From assembly GCA_002506365.1 (NCBI GenBank), contig DAXK01000045.1:6301-70300 (forward strand): DNA of 64,000 nt, in the 5' to 3' direction. A model generated the notes under the pieces. That model searched no databases. It worked only from the letters and a program-made list of their open reading frames with translations, and was not told the DNA's origin. How positions within the stretch are numbered: the first letter of the stretch is position 1; every line of letters begins with the position of its first letter. Both the position numbers and the translations under genes were made by a program. Origin of the DNA: an archaeon UBA583. GTDB lineage: Archaea > Nanobdellota > Nanobdellia > Woesearchaeales > UBA583. Positions 1 through 10,177 of this stretch are shown here, piece by piece.

Positions 1-1500
1 TTTTTAAACTTCACAGTAAATTCAGGACAAATCACTGAATCTATTTTAAAATCAATTGAATCAAACAAATTCAAAGATATTAAATCAGAAAACCCTCAAA
101 AAGTATTAATTGAATACCCTAGTCCAAACACAAACAAAAACCTACACATCGGACACGTAAGAAATATCTTATTAGGAAACACACTAATTAATATTTTAAA
201 AGCAACAGGAAATCAAGTAATTAAAACAAGTATCAATAACGATAGAGGAATTGCAATCTGTAAAGCAATGATGGGATACCAATTATTTCACTCTAATGAT
301 ACACCAGAATCAATGAATCTAAAACCAGATGAATTTGTAGCAAAATGTTATGTAGAATTTGAAGCTGAAACTAAAAAAGATGAAACATTAAACGAAAAGG
401 CGCAAGCAATGTTAGTTAAATGGGAAGAAAACGATAAACAAACTAGAGACTTATGGGAAAAAATTTTAGATTTAGTATACTCAGGATATAAAGAAACATT
501 TGAAAACTATAAACTTGGAGAATTTGATGAACAATACTACGAATCTCAAATTTACGATAAAGGAAAAGAAATTGTCGAAGACGCAATAAACTCAAAAGTT
601 GAAGGATTTAAATATGACGAAGAATCAGGGGCAGCTTTAGTTGACTTTGAAAACGAAACTTTTGGAAAAAAATATCTATTAAGAGGAGATGGAACAACTC
701 TTTATATGACTCAAGACTTATACTTAGCAAAATTAAAACACGACAAATATAATGCTGACAAATATGTATTTATTGTAGGGAAAGAACAACAATATCACTT
801 TGAAGTATTATTTGAAATCTTAGGTAGATTAGGATTAGGAGGAGCAGAAAAAAATTATCACTTTGCTTACGGTTACGTATTTAATAAAGATGGAACTAAA
901 TTCTCATCAAGAGCAGGAAATGTTGTAGGTGCTGATTGGTTATTAAAAGAAATGATTGAACACTCTAAACAAAACTTATTAGGAAAAGATTTAACAAAAG
1001 ACTTACCTGTTGAGGAATTAAACAAAAGAGCAAGCATTATTGGATATGGAGCACTAGCATTTTCAATGTTAAATGTAAACGCACTATCTGATATGAAATT
1101 TGATATGGATAAAGCTTTAGCATTTGAAGGAGAAACAGGACCATATGTTCAATATACATACGCAAGAATTAAATCAATTTTAAGAAAAGCAAACCAAAAC
1201 AATATTACAACTAAAGATATCGATTTCAATAACTACAACGATAGTGAAGTTCAATTAATTAAACAATTAGGAGAATTTCAAAACGCAGTATTACAAGCAG
1301 AACAAAAATTCAAACCAAGTGCAATTTCAAATTATTTAATTAGAGTTTGTCAATCTTTCAACGAATTCTATCAAAATAATAAAATTGTTGGAGGAGATGA
1401 AGATAAATTACAATCAAGATTATTATTAATTGAATCAACATCTAAAGTAATTCAAACAGGACTAGGATTATTAGGAATTGAAACTTTAGAAGAAATGTAA
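1..1500 (+). CDS. argS: Arginyl-tRNA synthetase, 5'-truncated by window edge
   Basis: Frame is open from base 1 and reads ...IEYPSPNTNKNLHIGHVRN (HIGH motif). Also KFSSRAGN, FEGETGPYVQYTYARI and a C-terminal GLGLLGIETLEEM anticodon-binding end. Confidence 0.97.
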   Translation, partial: FLNFTVNSGQITESILKSIESNKFKDIKSENPQKVLIEYPSPNTNKNLHIGHVRNILLGNTLINILKATGNQVIKTSINNDRGIAICKAMMGYQLFHSNDTPESMNLKPDEFVAKCYVEFEAETKKDETLNEKAQAMLVKWEENDKQTRDLWEKILDLVYSGYKETFENYKLGEFDEQYYESQIYDKGKEIVEDAINSKVEGFKYDEESGAALVDFENETFGKKYLLRGDGTTLYMTQDLYLAKLKHDKYNADKYVFIVGKEQQYHFEVLFEILGRLGLGGAEKNYHFAYGYVFNKDGTKFSSRAGNVVGADWLLKEMIEHSKQNLLGKDLTKDLPVEELNKRASIIGYGALAFSMLNVNALSDMKFDMDKALAFEGETGPYVQYTYARIKSILRKANQNNITTKDIDFNNYNDSEVQLIKQLGEFQNAVLQAEQKFKPSAISNYLIRVCQSFNEFYQNNKIVGGDEDKLQSRLLLIESTSKVIQTGLGLLGIETLEEM

Positions 1501-1606
1501 TATTTTTGGCTTTGTCAAAAATTAATTATCTAAATTATTTTTTATTTTTAATAACAACTAACACTTACAACAAATCTTTAAAACATTAAAACACAAATTT
1601 TAAATT

Positions 1607-2119
1607 ATGTTAAAAAGAAACCACTTTTTATGGACTTTAGGAATAAGTCCATGGATATTCCACTACCTAAACTACGAACTAGAATTAATTTTTGCTCTAT
1701 CAATAATCACTGCATTTTTATCTTCCTTGCCAGACTTAGACCAAAAAATTGTAAAATACTTTAAAAAATTAAACTACAAAAGTTTTTTCCTAACTTATCC
1801 AATTTATTTACTGATAAAATTAATATTTAAACATAGAACAATTACACACAGTCTATTTATTCCAACAGTAATTTTAATTTTAAATTATTCTAACATAGAA
1901 AATATTTTTATTTCACACTTTCTAATCTCATTAAGTTTAGCTTTAATTTTACACATTTTAGAAGATGCGATGACAATTGCAGGAGTTAAAGCATTTTGGC
2001 CAATTCCAATCAAAATTAGATTTGCAAGTTTTAAAACTGCATCAAATTTTGACAATAATATCTTACACATTTTAGGATTACTTATATTAATTAGTTTCCC
2101 AAGTTATTATTTCTTATAG
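1607..2119 (+). CDS. YdjM-family membrane-bound metal-dependent hydrolase
   Basis: SSLPDLD, HRTITHS and HILEDAMT motifs in a hydrophobic protein. Confidence 0.85.
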   Translation: MLKRNHFLWTLGISPWIFHYLNYELELIFALSIITAFLSSLPDLDQKIVKYFKKLNYKSFFLTYPIYLLIKLIFKHRTITHSLFIPTVILILNYSNIENIFISHFLISLSLALILHILEDAMTIAGVKAFWPIPIKIRFASFKTASNFDNNILHILGLLILISFPSYYFL

Positions 2120-2170
2120 ATAATAATTATTAAATAATCTTTTTAAATCAATTTTAACTTTCTAATTTAT

Positions 2171-3139
2171 ATGAATCAACCAACCAACCAACCTACTCTA
2201 TATTTCCCACCAATCAACAAACTCGGAAATGTAGCATTTAGACGAGTATGTAATAACTCTGGAGCCGAATTTGTCTTCACAGAAATGGTACGAGTTGAAA
2301 AAATAATTGAAGGTGACCCTTTCCAATTAAGAAAACTAAGAATTCCAAAAGATATGGAAAATAAAACAATTGTCCAAATAATCTGTGAAGACATAAATCG
2401 AATTGAAGAGTGTGTTGACAAAATTGTAGAACTAACTCATGGACTATTTGAAATTAATTATAATATGGGTTGCCCACAATCCACAATGTCCAAAAACGAA
2501 TGTGGTGGAGGAATTGTAAAAAACCCAACCAAAGTAAAACAAGTAGCACAAGCATTAGCCAAAGCCTGCAAAAAACACAATATCCAAGCATCAATTAAAA
2601 CAAGAATTGGATATGATAGAGAAAACATTAACATTTTAGAAAATGTTCAAAATATCAAAGACGCAGGAATTACAAAAATCTACATTCACGGAAGAACATT
2701 ATTAGATGGATACAGAAGACCAGCAACTTACGAAGAAATCGGACAAGTAAAAAAGAAATTCCCAGAACTTGAAATAATCGGAAACGGAGATATTGTTGAT
2801 TTAAATTCTTTAAATAACTTAATCAAACAAACAAATTGTGACGGAGTTTTAATCGGGAGAGCAGCTCTAAACAATCCATATATCTTCAAAGAACTAACAA
2901 ACCAAACACACATCAAACACAGTTCAGGAATTGAATTAATAACAACACTTCCAGCAATAATCGAATTATTACAATACGGAATTCAAGAAGAATTAAATTT
3001 AGACTATTTAAAGCAAAATATTGTATTTATGACAAAAGGTGTTATAGGAAGTTCTGAATTTAGAACAAAATTAAATAATACTTCTGACATTAAAGAATTT
3101 TTAACATATTGTGAAAATTTGAATATTAATAAATATTAA
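2171..3139 (+). CDS. tRNA-dihydrouridine synthase family protein
   Basis: FTEMV, NMGCP, IHGRT, IGNGDI and GVLIGRAA motifs. Confidence 0.9.
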   Translation: MNQPTNQPTLYFPPINKLGNVAFRRVCNNSGAEFVFTEMVRVEKIIEGDPFQLRKLRIPKDMENKTIVQIICEDINRIEECVDKIVELTHGLFEINYNMGCPQSTMSKNECGGGIVKNPTKVKQVAQALAKACKKHNIQASIKTRIGYDRENINILENVQNIKDAGITKIYIHGRTLLDGYRRPATYEEIGQVKKKFPELEIIGNGDIVDLNSLNNLIKQTNCDGVLIGRAALNNPYIFKELTNQTHIKHSSGIELITTLPAIIELLQYGIQEELNLDYLKQNIVFMTKGVIGSSEFRTKLNNTSDIKEFLTYCENLNINKY

Positions 3140-3147
3140 AATTAATT

Positions 3148-4221
3148 TTAATTCATCTCATTTTTAGTTAAATTATCTCTTGCTTTTTTAATTACAACAT
3201 TTTCCAATTCTAAAACAGCACTTACAATTTCTTCCATAATTTGAGAAATTGATAAATTATTCTCTTTTGAAAATATCTTATCAAAAAAACTCACCTTTTT
3301 CCCTGAACCTGATTTAAAATATAAATTAAACTTTTCATAATTAAAATTATTCCTAACATAATCATAATTCTCAACTAATTTATCTTTTCCTAAACCTTTA
3401 GCAAAAAACTCCATTTTATGAATATCTTCAATTACTCCATACGGCAAACAAGGAACACTCCCCATTAAAATATCTTTAAACTTTCCATTAGTAAAATGAA
3501 CTGTATTTGCACAAACACCCGTTAATTTAGTAAAATTATCTCCTTTCCCTGTATTTTCCCCATATTCATATTTAATCTTTGGAAAAATCTTTGGTAAAAT
3601 TTTAGGATAAAAATTATAATCACGACTTGTAATCACAATATCAGTAAATAACTTTGAATAACCACAATTCACATAAATATCTAAAATATAACACATTAAA
3701 CTAAAATCAAAAGAATCAACTAAAGGTTCCCCATACAAATTATTATCTCTAAAATACAAAACTAACTTTCTTTTTTTATTAGTTAACTTTTCCTCAAAAT
3801 TATACTTTTTCTTTAAAAATAATTCTTGCTCAAAATTAACTAACTCACAATTTCTCTCTCTCTCTAAATTTGAAACTTTCTTAAACTTTTTTTGAATATC
3901 CTTAGAATAAACATCACAAACTAACTTAAAACTATCAATTAAACTTAAACCTTCAAATCCCTCACTCATTTTTTCAATCTTTTTAACTTGCTCATACTTA
4001 AACAAAACATCATTAACTCCCTCAAATAAATAACAAATTTGTAAAGATAAATCTAAATAATCTAAATTTTTATTTTTATCATCTAACTTAACATAATAAT
4101 TATTTAAAACTAAATTACTAATCCTAACTTTACCCTCCTCATCAACTACAAACCAATCATCTAAATACTTTTTATCAATTTTAGAACTAATTTCATTATT
4201 TAACTTGGAAATTTCAATCAT
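3148..4221 (-). CDS. Hypothetical protein
   Basis: Long ORF with no recognised motif. Start moved from 4281 to MIEISK (inferred). Confidence 0.6.
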   Translation of the reverse strand: MIEISKLNNEISSKIDKKYLDDWFVVDEEGKVRISNLVLNNYYVKLDDKNKNLDYLDLSLQICYLFEGVNDVLFKYEQVKKIEKMSEGFEGLSLIDSFKLVCDVYSKDIQKKFKKVSNLERERNCELVNFEQELFLKKKYNFEEKLTNKKRKLVLYFRDNNLYGEPLVDSFDFSLMCYILDIYVNCGYSKLFTDIVITSRDYNFYPKILPKIFPKIKYEYGENTGKGDNFTKLTGVCANTVHFTNGKFKDILMGSVPCLPYGVIEDIHKMEFFAKGLGKDKLVENYDYVRNNFNYEKFNLYFKSGSGKKVSFFDKIFSKENNLSISQIMEEIVSAVLELENVVIKKARDNLTKNEMN

Positions 4222-4327
4222 AACTACATTTTTAATTTTAATATTAAATATTTTACTAGTTATTTCCCTATAGTAAAACATTAAACTTTAAAAATCAAAT
4301 ACACCATTTAATCGTATATAACAAAAA

Positions 4328-4618
4328 ATGGAACTATTATATTTATATTATTACTTTGGTACAATTAACTTAATTACAACAATTTTTTTTATTTGGGATA
4401 AATTTAAATCTCAATTTACATACGCTAGAAGAATATCTGAATCAAGTTTCCACATTTTAGAATTATTAGGAGGTTGCTTTTCAACTTTTTTTTTAATTAA
4501 TTTAATTAACCATAAAAGTGCAAAATTAAGTTTTCAAGTAATTTCATACACAATCTTAGGAGTTTGGATTTATTTTATATTCAAATTTAAAGATTTTTTA
4601 TTACCATTTTTGAACTAA
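4328..4618 (+). CDS. DUF1294-family small membrane protein
   Basis: WDKFKS..RRISE..FH.LELLGG...HKSAK..F pattern. Confidence 0.8.
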   Translation: MELLYLYYYFGTINLITTIFFIWDKFKSQFTYARRISESSFHILELLGGCFSTFFLINLINHKSAKLSFQVISYTILGVWIYFIFKFKDFLLPFLN

Positions 4619-4732
4619 TTTGAACTAATTAACACAACTAATAACATATCACTATCAGTAATATCTACACAATATTTAACAAAATCTTTGATTTATTCGC
4701 TGAATAAATTAAATATATTTATTTACTATTAC

Positions 4733-4755
4733 AAATTAAAAATAATCCTTTTAAA
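4733..4755 (+). promoter_or_regulatory. Putative BRE/TATA promoter shared by two pilin-like paralogues (copy 1)
   Basis: aaattaaaaataatccttttaaa, identical to 6622-6644. Each copy ends 22-23 nt before an ATG. Confidence 0.65.
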
Positions 4756-4776
4756 GTGTAATTTATCAGTTTTTTT

Positions 4777-6528
4777 ATGTTTACACAATTTAATAAAAAA
4801 GCAGTCCACCCAGTTGTAGCTGTATCTTTATTATTAGTTGTATCTGTTATCGCAGTTGTTGGATTCCAATCTTGGTTTACCGAATTTTCGAGTTCAACTC
4901 TTACAAATGTTGAAACTCAAACATCAAAACAAGCAACAGAATTAAAAATAGAAGGATTATTTAATAATCAATTATATTTAAAAAATTCAAACACTAATAA
5001 TGTTAAAAATTCTAATTTAATTATTCAAAATATTAAAATTATAGATAAAACCTCAAAACAAATTTGTGGATTTAGTAATACTCCAATTACAAGTAATTCA
5101 AGTAATTCAAATTTATATAATAATTTACAAGGACATTGGAAATTTGACACAGACAATAATATTTTAAAAGACCACTCAAAAAATAATATGGATGGAGAGT
5201 TATATACAAGTTCAGATTTATTAGCAAATTTTGACAATGATTTTTCAACTCAAACAAACTATGGTTACACAATCACTGATCCAAATGGTGGAGTAAATTG
5301 TTCAGTTTCAGGAATTTCAGGGAATGGTTGTGAATTCACAATAGGTGGGGCAGAAAGACTAGCAATTACAAATCCAAAAAATTTTGATTTAACAAGCAAT
5401 TCAATAAAAGCATTTTCAATTTGGTTTAATTATTATGGTTCACCAGGTTATCAAGCAACAATTTTTGGAAAAACAACTTCAAACACTTGGCAAACTGGTC
5501 AAGGTTATGGTTTAATTGTAAGTGATTATAAACAACTTTCATTTTCAATAATTGATGAAAATAATAATAAATTATCATTAGAATCAGGAGCAAATTCAAT
5601 TAATTTTAATCAATGGAATCACGCTACTGTTCAATTTAATAATGGAAATTATAGTTTATATTTAAATGGGGTTTTAGTTGATAAAAACGATACTACAAGT
5701 TTAGGAAATTTTAGTTCAACATCAGTTTTAAGACTTGGAGCAGGAGGTTGGGGAAAATATTTTAATGGTAAGTTAGATGAATTTGCAGTTTATGATAAAG
5801 TATTAACACAATCAGAAATTAATAACTTATACACATCTAAAAAAGTAAAATATTTAGAACTAACTGGAAATAGTATTAAATTTGATGGAATAAACGACTA
5901 CATTGAATTACCTCAAAGTTCACATCTTTCAAACTTTGACGATTTATCAGTTATAATTACATATAAAACTCAAGATATAACTAGGAGTTATCCAAAATTT
6001 TTATCATCAAGAATTGAAAATAATGAATTCATATTTTTCGGTTTAGATAAAAATAATCAATACTTAGGAATTTCAAATTCAACTCCAACTGAAAAATGGA
6101 CAACAAGTAAAGTTACACATAGATATTTAACCTCAGAAATTGAAAAAAATAAAAAATATAAAACAATTTATACTTATAATGGAACTTCAAAATTAGCATC
6201 AATTTATAATTCACCTTCACAAGTTCAAAATGTAACAATGGATAATTGGATTCCAAATAAATTACAGAAATTTTATATTGGGACTGATGGGAATACTAAC
6301 ACTAATTATTTTGATGGGGAAATTTATGATATCCAAATTTATAACAAAGTATTATCCAATCAAGAAATCAATTTAATGTATTTAAATCAAGAAATCCCGA
6401 TTCAAATACATAATAATTCAATTTCAAAATATGATATTTCCTTATGTAATTTAGACAAAAACCAAATATATAATGTTTTAATTGAAACAAACTCTGGAAT
6501 AATTGAAACTATTTTACTTAACAAGTAA
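4777..6528 (+). CDS. Archaeal type IV pilin-like protein (class III signal peptide) with inserted LamG/ConA-like domains
   Basis: KKA|VHPVVAVSLLLVVSVIAVVGFQSWF N-terminus. LamG motifs GHWKFD, WNHAT, GKLDEFAVY, FDGINDY and GEIYDIQIY. Confidence 0.85.
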   Translation: MFTQFNKKAVHPVVAVSLLLVVSVIAVVGFQSWFTEFSSSTLTNVETQTSKQATELKIEGLFNNQLYLKNSNTNNVKNSNLIIQNIKIIDKTSKQICGFSNTPITSNSSNSNLYNNLQGHWKFDTDNNILKDHSKNNMDGELYTSSDLLANFDNDFSTQTNYGYTITDPNGGVNCSVSGISGNGCEFTIGGAERLAITNPKNFDLTSNSIKAFSIWFNYYGSPGYQATIFGKTTSNTWQTGQGYGLIVSDYKQLSFSIIDENNNKLSLESGANSINFNQWNHATVQFNNGNYSLYLNGVLVDKNDTTSLGNFSSTSVLRLGAGGWGKYFNGKLDEFAVYDKVLTQSEINNLYTSKKVKYLELTGNSIKFDGINDYIELPQSSHLSNFDDLSVIITYKTQDITRSYPKFLSSRIENNEFIFFGLDKNNQYLGISNSTPTEKWTTSKVTHRYLTSEIEKNKKYKTIYTYNGTSKLASIYNSPSQVQNVTMDNWIPNKLQKFYIGTDGNTNTNYFDGEIYDIQIYNKVLSNQEINLMYLNQEIPIQIHNNSISKYDISLCNLDKNQIYNVLIETNSGIIETILLNK

Positions 6529-6621
6529 TGTAATAAGTTTTCATTAAAATATTTCAAATTTAATATCCTACATATAATATTCCATCTACAATATATCTGT
6601 TTATACTCTATTCACTCTCTA

Positions 6622-6644
6622 AAATTAAAAATAATCCTTTTAAA
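6622..6644 (+). promoter_or_regulatory. Putative BRE/TATA promoter shared by two pilin-like paralogues (copy 2)
   Basis: Identical 23-mer to 4733-4755. Confidence 0.65.
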
Positions 6645-6666
6645 CAGATTAATTAATAAATTAGTT

Positions 6667-7086
6667 ATGTATAACTCTTTAAAAAGTAAAAAAGCAGTTC
6701 ACCCTGTTGTATCAGTTGCCCTTTTATTAGTTGTAGCAGTTGTATCTGTTGTTGGTTTCCAAGGATGGTTTAGTTCATTTTCAACAGAAGTTTTAGTAAG
6801 TGTCGAACAAGACACAAATACTCAAATCCCTAGTGATATATACGTTGAAGGTTTAAGTTCAAACAAGATATTTTTAAAATCTCACTCTGGAGCATCAACA
6901 ATCACAAATATTGAAATTCTAAGTGAAAATAAAACTCAAATGTGTATTTTGCCAATAAATTCTAAAATCACAAAAGGTGTATCTCCAATTGATGTTTCAT
7001 CTTGTTCATTAATTTCAAATAACGTTTATGAAATTTTAATTATCGCTAATAACCAATTAGTTCAAAATACAAAAATTGCTAGATAA
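6667..7086 (+). CDS. Short archaeal type IV pilin-like protein
   Basis: KKA|VHPVVSVALLLVVAVVSVVGFQGWF. Paralogue of 4777 lacking the LamG insert. Confidence 0.85.
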   Translation: MYNSLKSKKAVHPVVSVALLLVVAVVSVVGFQGWFSSFSTEVLVSVEQDTNTQIPSDIYVEGLSSNKIFLKSHSGASTITNIEILSENKTQMCILPINSKITKGVSPIDVSSCSLISNNVYEILIIANNQLVQNTKIAR

Positions 7087-7209
7087 TTTGAAAATTTATT
7101 TTTTCAAATTAATTTATATTTTCTTTATTCTATAAAACTATTAACCTACATAACTAATTTTTCTTAAGTGAAAACGATTATTTAAAAACCAAAAATCCAT
7201 AAATAAAAT

Positions 7210-8985
7210 ATGTTATACTCTCTAAAAGAATTAATTTTTGGATTAAATGAATTTGAAAAAGCAAAAATTGATGATAGAATTAATCAAGCTTTTTTATTAG
7301 TTCCAAAAATAAAATTAGAGAGATTAGAAGATTTTGAAATTTTAGAAGAAAATATTTACAAATTAAAAGAACAATTAAGAATTAAATCAAGTAATTTAAA
7401 TCGTGTAATTAAAAATAATAAACAATTACCTAAAAAAAAAGTTTTAGAATTTATTAAAGATTTAGAAAATATTAGATATGATTTTTTAAAAGAAGTATTT
7501 TCAAAAATTGAACCAAATAAATTTTCAAATAATTCTTCACAACTAAATTCTAATAATCAAACTATTGATTTAAAAGAAACTAAAATTGAGCCAAAAATAG
7601 ATTCAAAAATTAATCCTGAAATTATTTCTAAAGAAAATTCTAATGAAATACTTGAAGAAAAATCAGATGAAAATAAAATTAAATTATTGGATGAACCAAA
7701 TTTCACACTTTTAATAAATAATGGTAAAACACCTTATTTAACAATTAAATTTAAACATCAATTAGATTTAATTATTTTAAAAAACTTATCAAGTTTATTT
7801 TTTGAAATTTACCAAATGCACGGAACAAATATTATAGTTGAAAATAATACAGCTTTAATAATTCCAAGATTTCAAGGAGATAATTTAATTAATTTACCTC
7901 AAATACAAATTGATTTAGACCAAATTTATAACTTATTAAAATCAAATCAAAATAATAAAAAAAATAACAAACTTGAAGACTCAAATGAAAATAAAGAAAA
8001 AAACCTAACTGAAAATACAAATGAAAAAACTGATAACAACACTAATGAAATAAAACTAGATGAAACTAAAAAACTTGATTCAAATCAACAATATCTAAAC
8101 ATTAATGATGATTTCAAAAAACAAGAATTCAAAACAAAAAAATACGATGAAGATTCACTTGATGCTCTTTTAACAAAACATCAAAAGGAAAATAAACCAA
8201 AAGATGAACCAAACATTACAAAAGCAAATCAAGAAAATGAAAAAATAATATCTGAACCTAAAACTGAATCCATTACTTTTGAAAAAAAAGAACAAGAAAT
8301 TAAAGAACCAGAAATTCAAATTTTAAAAGATGAACATTTAGACTTAATTAAAAAACAAGAAGAAAAATTTGATTTAACTAATAAAAATTCAACTCCCAAT
8401 CAAACAAAAATTGAAACTAAAAAAGAAAATTCATCTGAACAAAACTTAGAACAATCCAAACAAAATAAAATGGATGCTCAAAAACAAATCCAACAATTTC
8501 AATTTGAAATTTATCGTGACGATAATATTGTAGTATATTTTAAAGAAGATTCAAAATCAATTGGGACATTATGTGTGACAACTCCAAATGGAGAATCCAT
8601 CCACAAATTATCTGAAAATGAACTATCTTACTTAACAATATTTTCAAAAGTTTTTGCGGGAGTCTTATTTGAAGTTGTAGGTTGCCATGGAACAAATATT
8701 ATTTGGAACTTTAATGATAATATGATTTCAATTATTCCAAGACACCAAGACGATAATGTTTTAAAAATGTGGGAATTAAACCAGCAAAAACCTGAAACAT
8801 TAGAAAAAATAAAAGAAAAATTATTAACAACAATCTTAATAGAACAAGAAAAAAATAAACCAAAAACTCCAATTGCTAAAGATGAAAAACCAAAACCAGC
8901 AATTGAAAAAATTGAAGGTGAATCTTCAGATGATAAAGAAAAAAGAGCTCAACACTTACTAAATTCATTAAGGAGAATTCCTTAA
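7210..8985 (+). CDS. Protein with two degenerate HIT-like domains and charged low-complexity linkers
   Basis: Repeated FE...HGTNII...IIPR..D segments and an EIYRDD-type HIT start. No HxHxH triad. Confidence 0.55.
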   Translation: MLYSLKELIFGLNEFEKAKIDDRINQAFLLVPKIKLERLEDFEILEENIYKLKEQLRIKSSNLNRVIKNNKQLPKKKVLEFIKDLENIRYDFLKEVFSKIEPNKFSNNSSQLNSNNQTIDLKETKIEPKIDSKINPEIISKENSNEILEEKSDENKIKLLDEPNFTLLINNGKTPYLTIKFKHQLDLIILKNLSSLFFEIYQMHGTNIIVENNTALIIPRFQGDNLINLPQIQIDLDQIYNLLKSNQNNKKNNKLEDSNENKEKNLTENTNEKTDNNTNEIKLDETKKLDSNQQYLNINDDFKKQEFKTKKYDEDSLDALLTKHQKENKPKDEPNITKANQENEKIISEPKTESITFEKKEQEIKEPEIQILKDEHLDLIKKQEEKFDLTNKNSTPNQTKIETKKENSSEQNLEQSKQNKMDAQKQIQQFQFEIYRDDNIVVYFKEDSKSIGTLCVTTPNGESIHKLSENELSYLTIFSKVFAGVLFEVVGCHGTNIIWNFNDNMISIIPRHQDDNVLKMWELNQQKPETLEKIKEKLLTTILIEQEKNKPKTPIAKDEKPKPAIEKIEGESSDDKEKRAQHLLNSLRRIP

Positions 8986-9005
8986 AATAAATTTATATTT
9001 TCAAA

Positions 9006-9797
9006 ATGGAAACTTTAAAAAAACAAAACTCTATAGAAACTCAAATTCAAAGACTATTTTCAAAACTAGAAACCTATCAACTAGAAATTTTCGCATATAG
9101 TTCACAAAACAATTTACCTATATTAACTCCATCCCCTTTAGAAAATTTCACTCTATTTAACTCTGAAATTTGTTTTAACCAACTAAATCAATTACACTCT
9201 AATATCTTAAACTTTGTAAAAATAATAAATACTCCTCTATATGTTAAACATCAAGAAACAATTTCTAGATATAACTCATTAATATTTCGCATAATTGGGA
9301 ACTTAAGACTTTTAATTGAATTTTATCAATCTCAACATAGATATAATTTATCACTTAGAAAAGGTCTAGATTCATTTAACTTAAATTTAATCTATCAAAA
9401 TTCCTCATTTCCAAATACATTTCAAAAAGATAATCTTCTAATGTTTACAAAACTTTCAAACTTTCCATTTGAAAATAAAAAATACCTAATAACTCTCTCA
9501 ACATTTCACAAATCAACAGGATTTTTCACAAATTTAAAACATTCAGAATTTCATTTAATTTATCAAAAAAATGATACAATTGGTTTTAAAGATGATTCAA
9601 ATGTATACTATTCAAAAACAAAAGAAGAATTTTTAAATCAATTATTTGAAAAAATAAATAAACTATCAAATACAAATTTTAATATTCAAACCGATGAAAA
9701 TAAAATAATCTCAATAATAATTCATTCTAGTTTTGATGGAAAATTTGAAAATGACCCACCAGTTATAAACCAAGAACAATTCAAAAAAGTAGCATAA
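9006..9797 (+). CDS. Hypothetical protein
   Basis: 263-aa ORF directly downstream of the previous gene. Confidence 0.6.
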   Translation: METLKKQNSIETQIQRLFSKLETYQLEIFAYSSQNNLPILTPSPLENFTLFNSEICFNQLNQLHSNILNFVKIINTPLYVKHQETISRYNSLIFRIIGNLRLLIEFYQSQHRYNLSLRKGLDSFNLNLIYQNSSFPNTFQKDNLLMFTKLSNFPFENKKYLITLSTFHKSTGFFTNLKHSEFHLIYQKNDTIGFKDDSNVYYSKTKEEFLNQLFEKINKLSNTNFNIQTDENKIISIIIHSSFDGKFENDPPVINQEQFKKVA

Positions 9798-9840
9798 ATA
9801 ATCTCAAATTTATATCCAATTATTATAATAAATCAAAGGT

Positions 9841-9848
9841 TTTATAAA
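9841..9848 (+). promoter_or_regulatory. TATA box for ATP synthase H-I unit
   Basis: tttataaa ends 24 nt before the ATG at 9872. Confidence 0.6.
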
Positions 9849-9871
9849 CCTATAAATTTTTATCCTAAATT

Positions 9872-10177
9872 ATGAGTGAATTCAAACAAGTGCTAGAAAT
9901 TGAAAAGAAATTTCAAAAAACTATTTCTACTGCAAATTCTAAATCTGAAACTAAAATTAATAAATCAGTTTCAGATTTAAAACTTAAAGAAGAAGCAATG
10001 AAAAAAGACTTAATTTCAGAATTAAATACTGACTTAGACAAACTAAAATCAGATTTAACAAAAAAAGGAGAACTGCAAGTTGAAAATTCAAAAAAAATGG
10101 CAGAAAATATTATTAAAACAGCAAACATCGATAAAGCTGTATCACACTTAGTGGGAGAATTTAAAAATGGCTTTTAG
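9872..10177 (+). CDS. atpH: A/V-type ATP synthase subunit H(G), peripheral stalk
   Basis: 101-aa charged coiled coil overlapping the start of subunit I, the canonical position. Confidence 0.7.
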   Translation: MSEFKQVLEIEKKFQKTISTANSKSETKINKSVSDLKLKEEAMKKDLISELNTDLDKLKSDLTKKGELQVENSKKMAENIIKTANIDKAVSHLVGEFKNGF

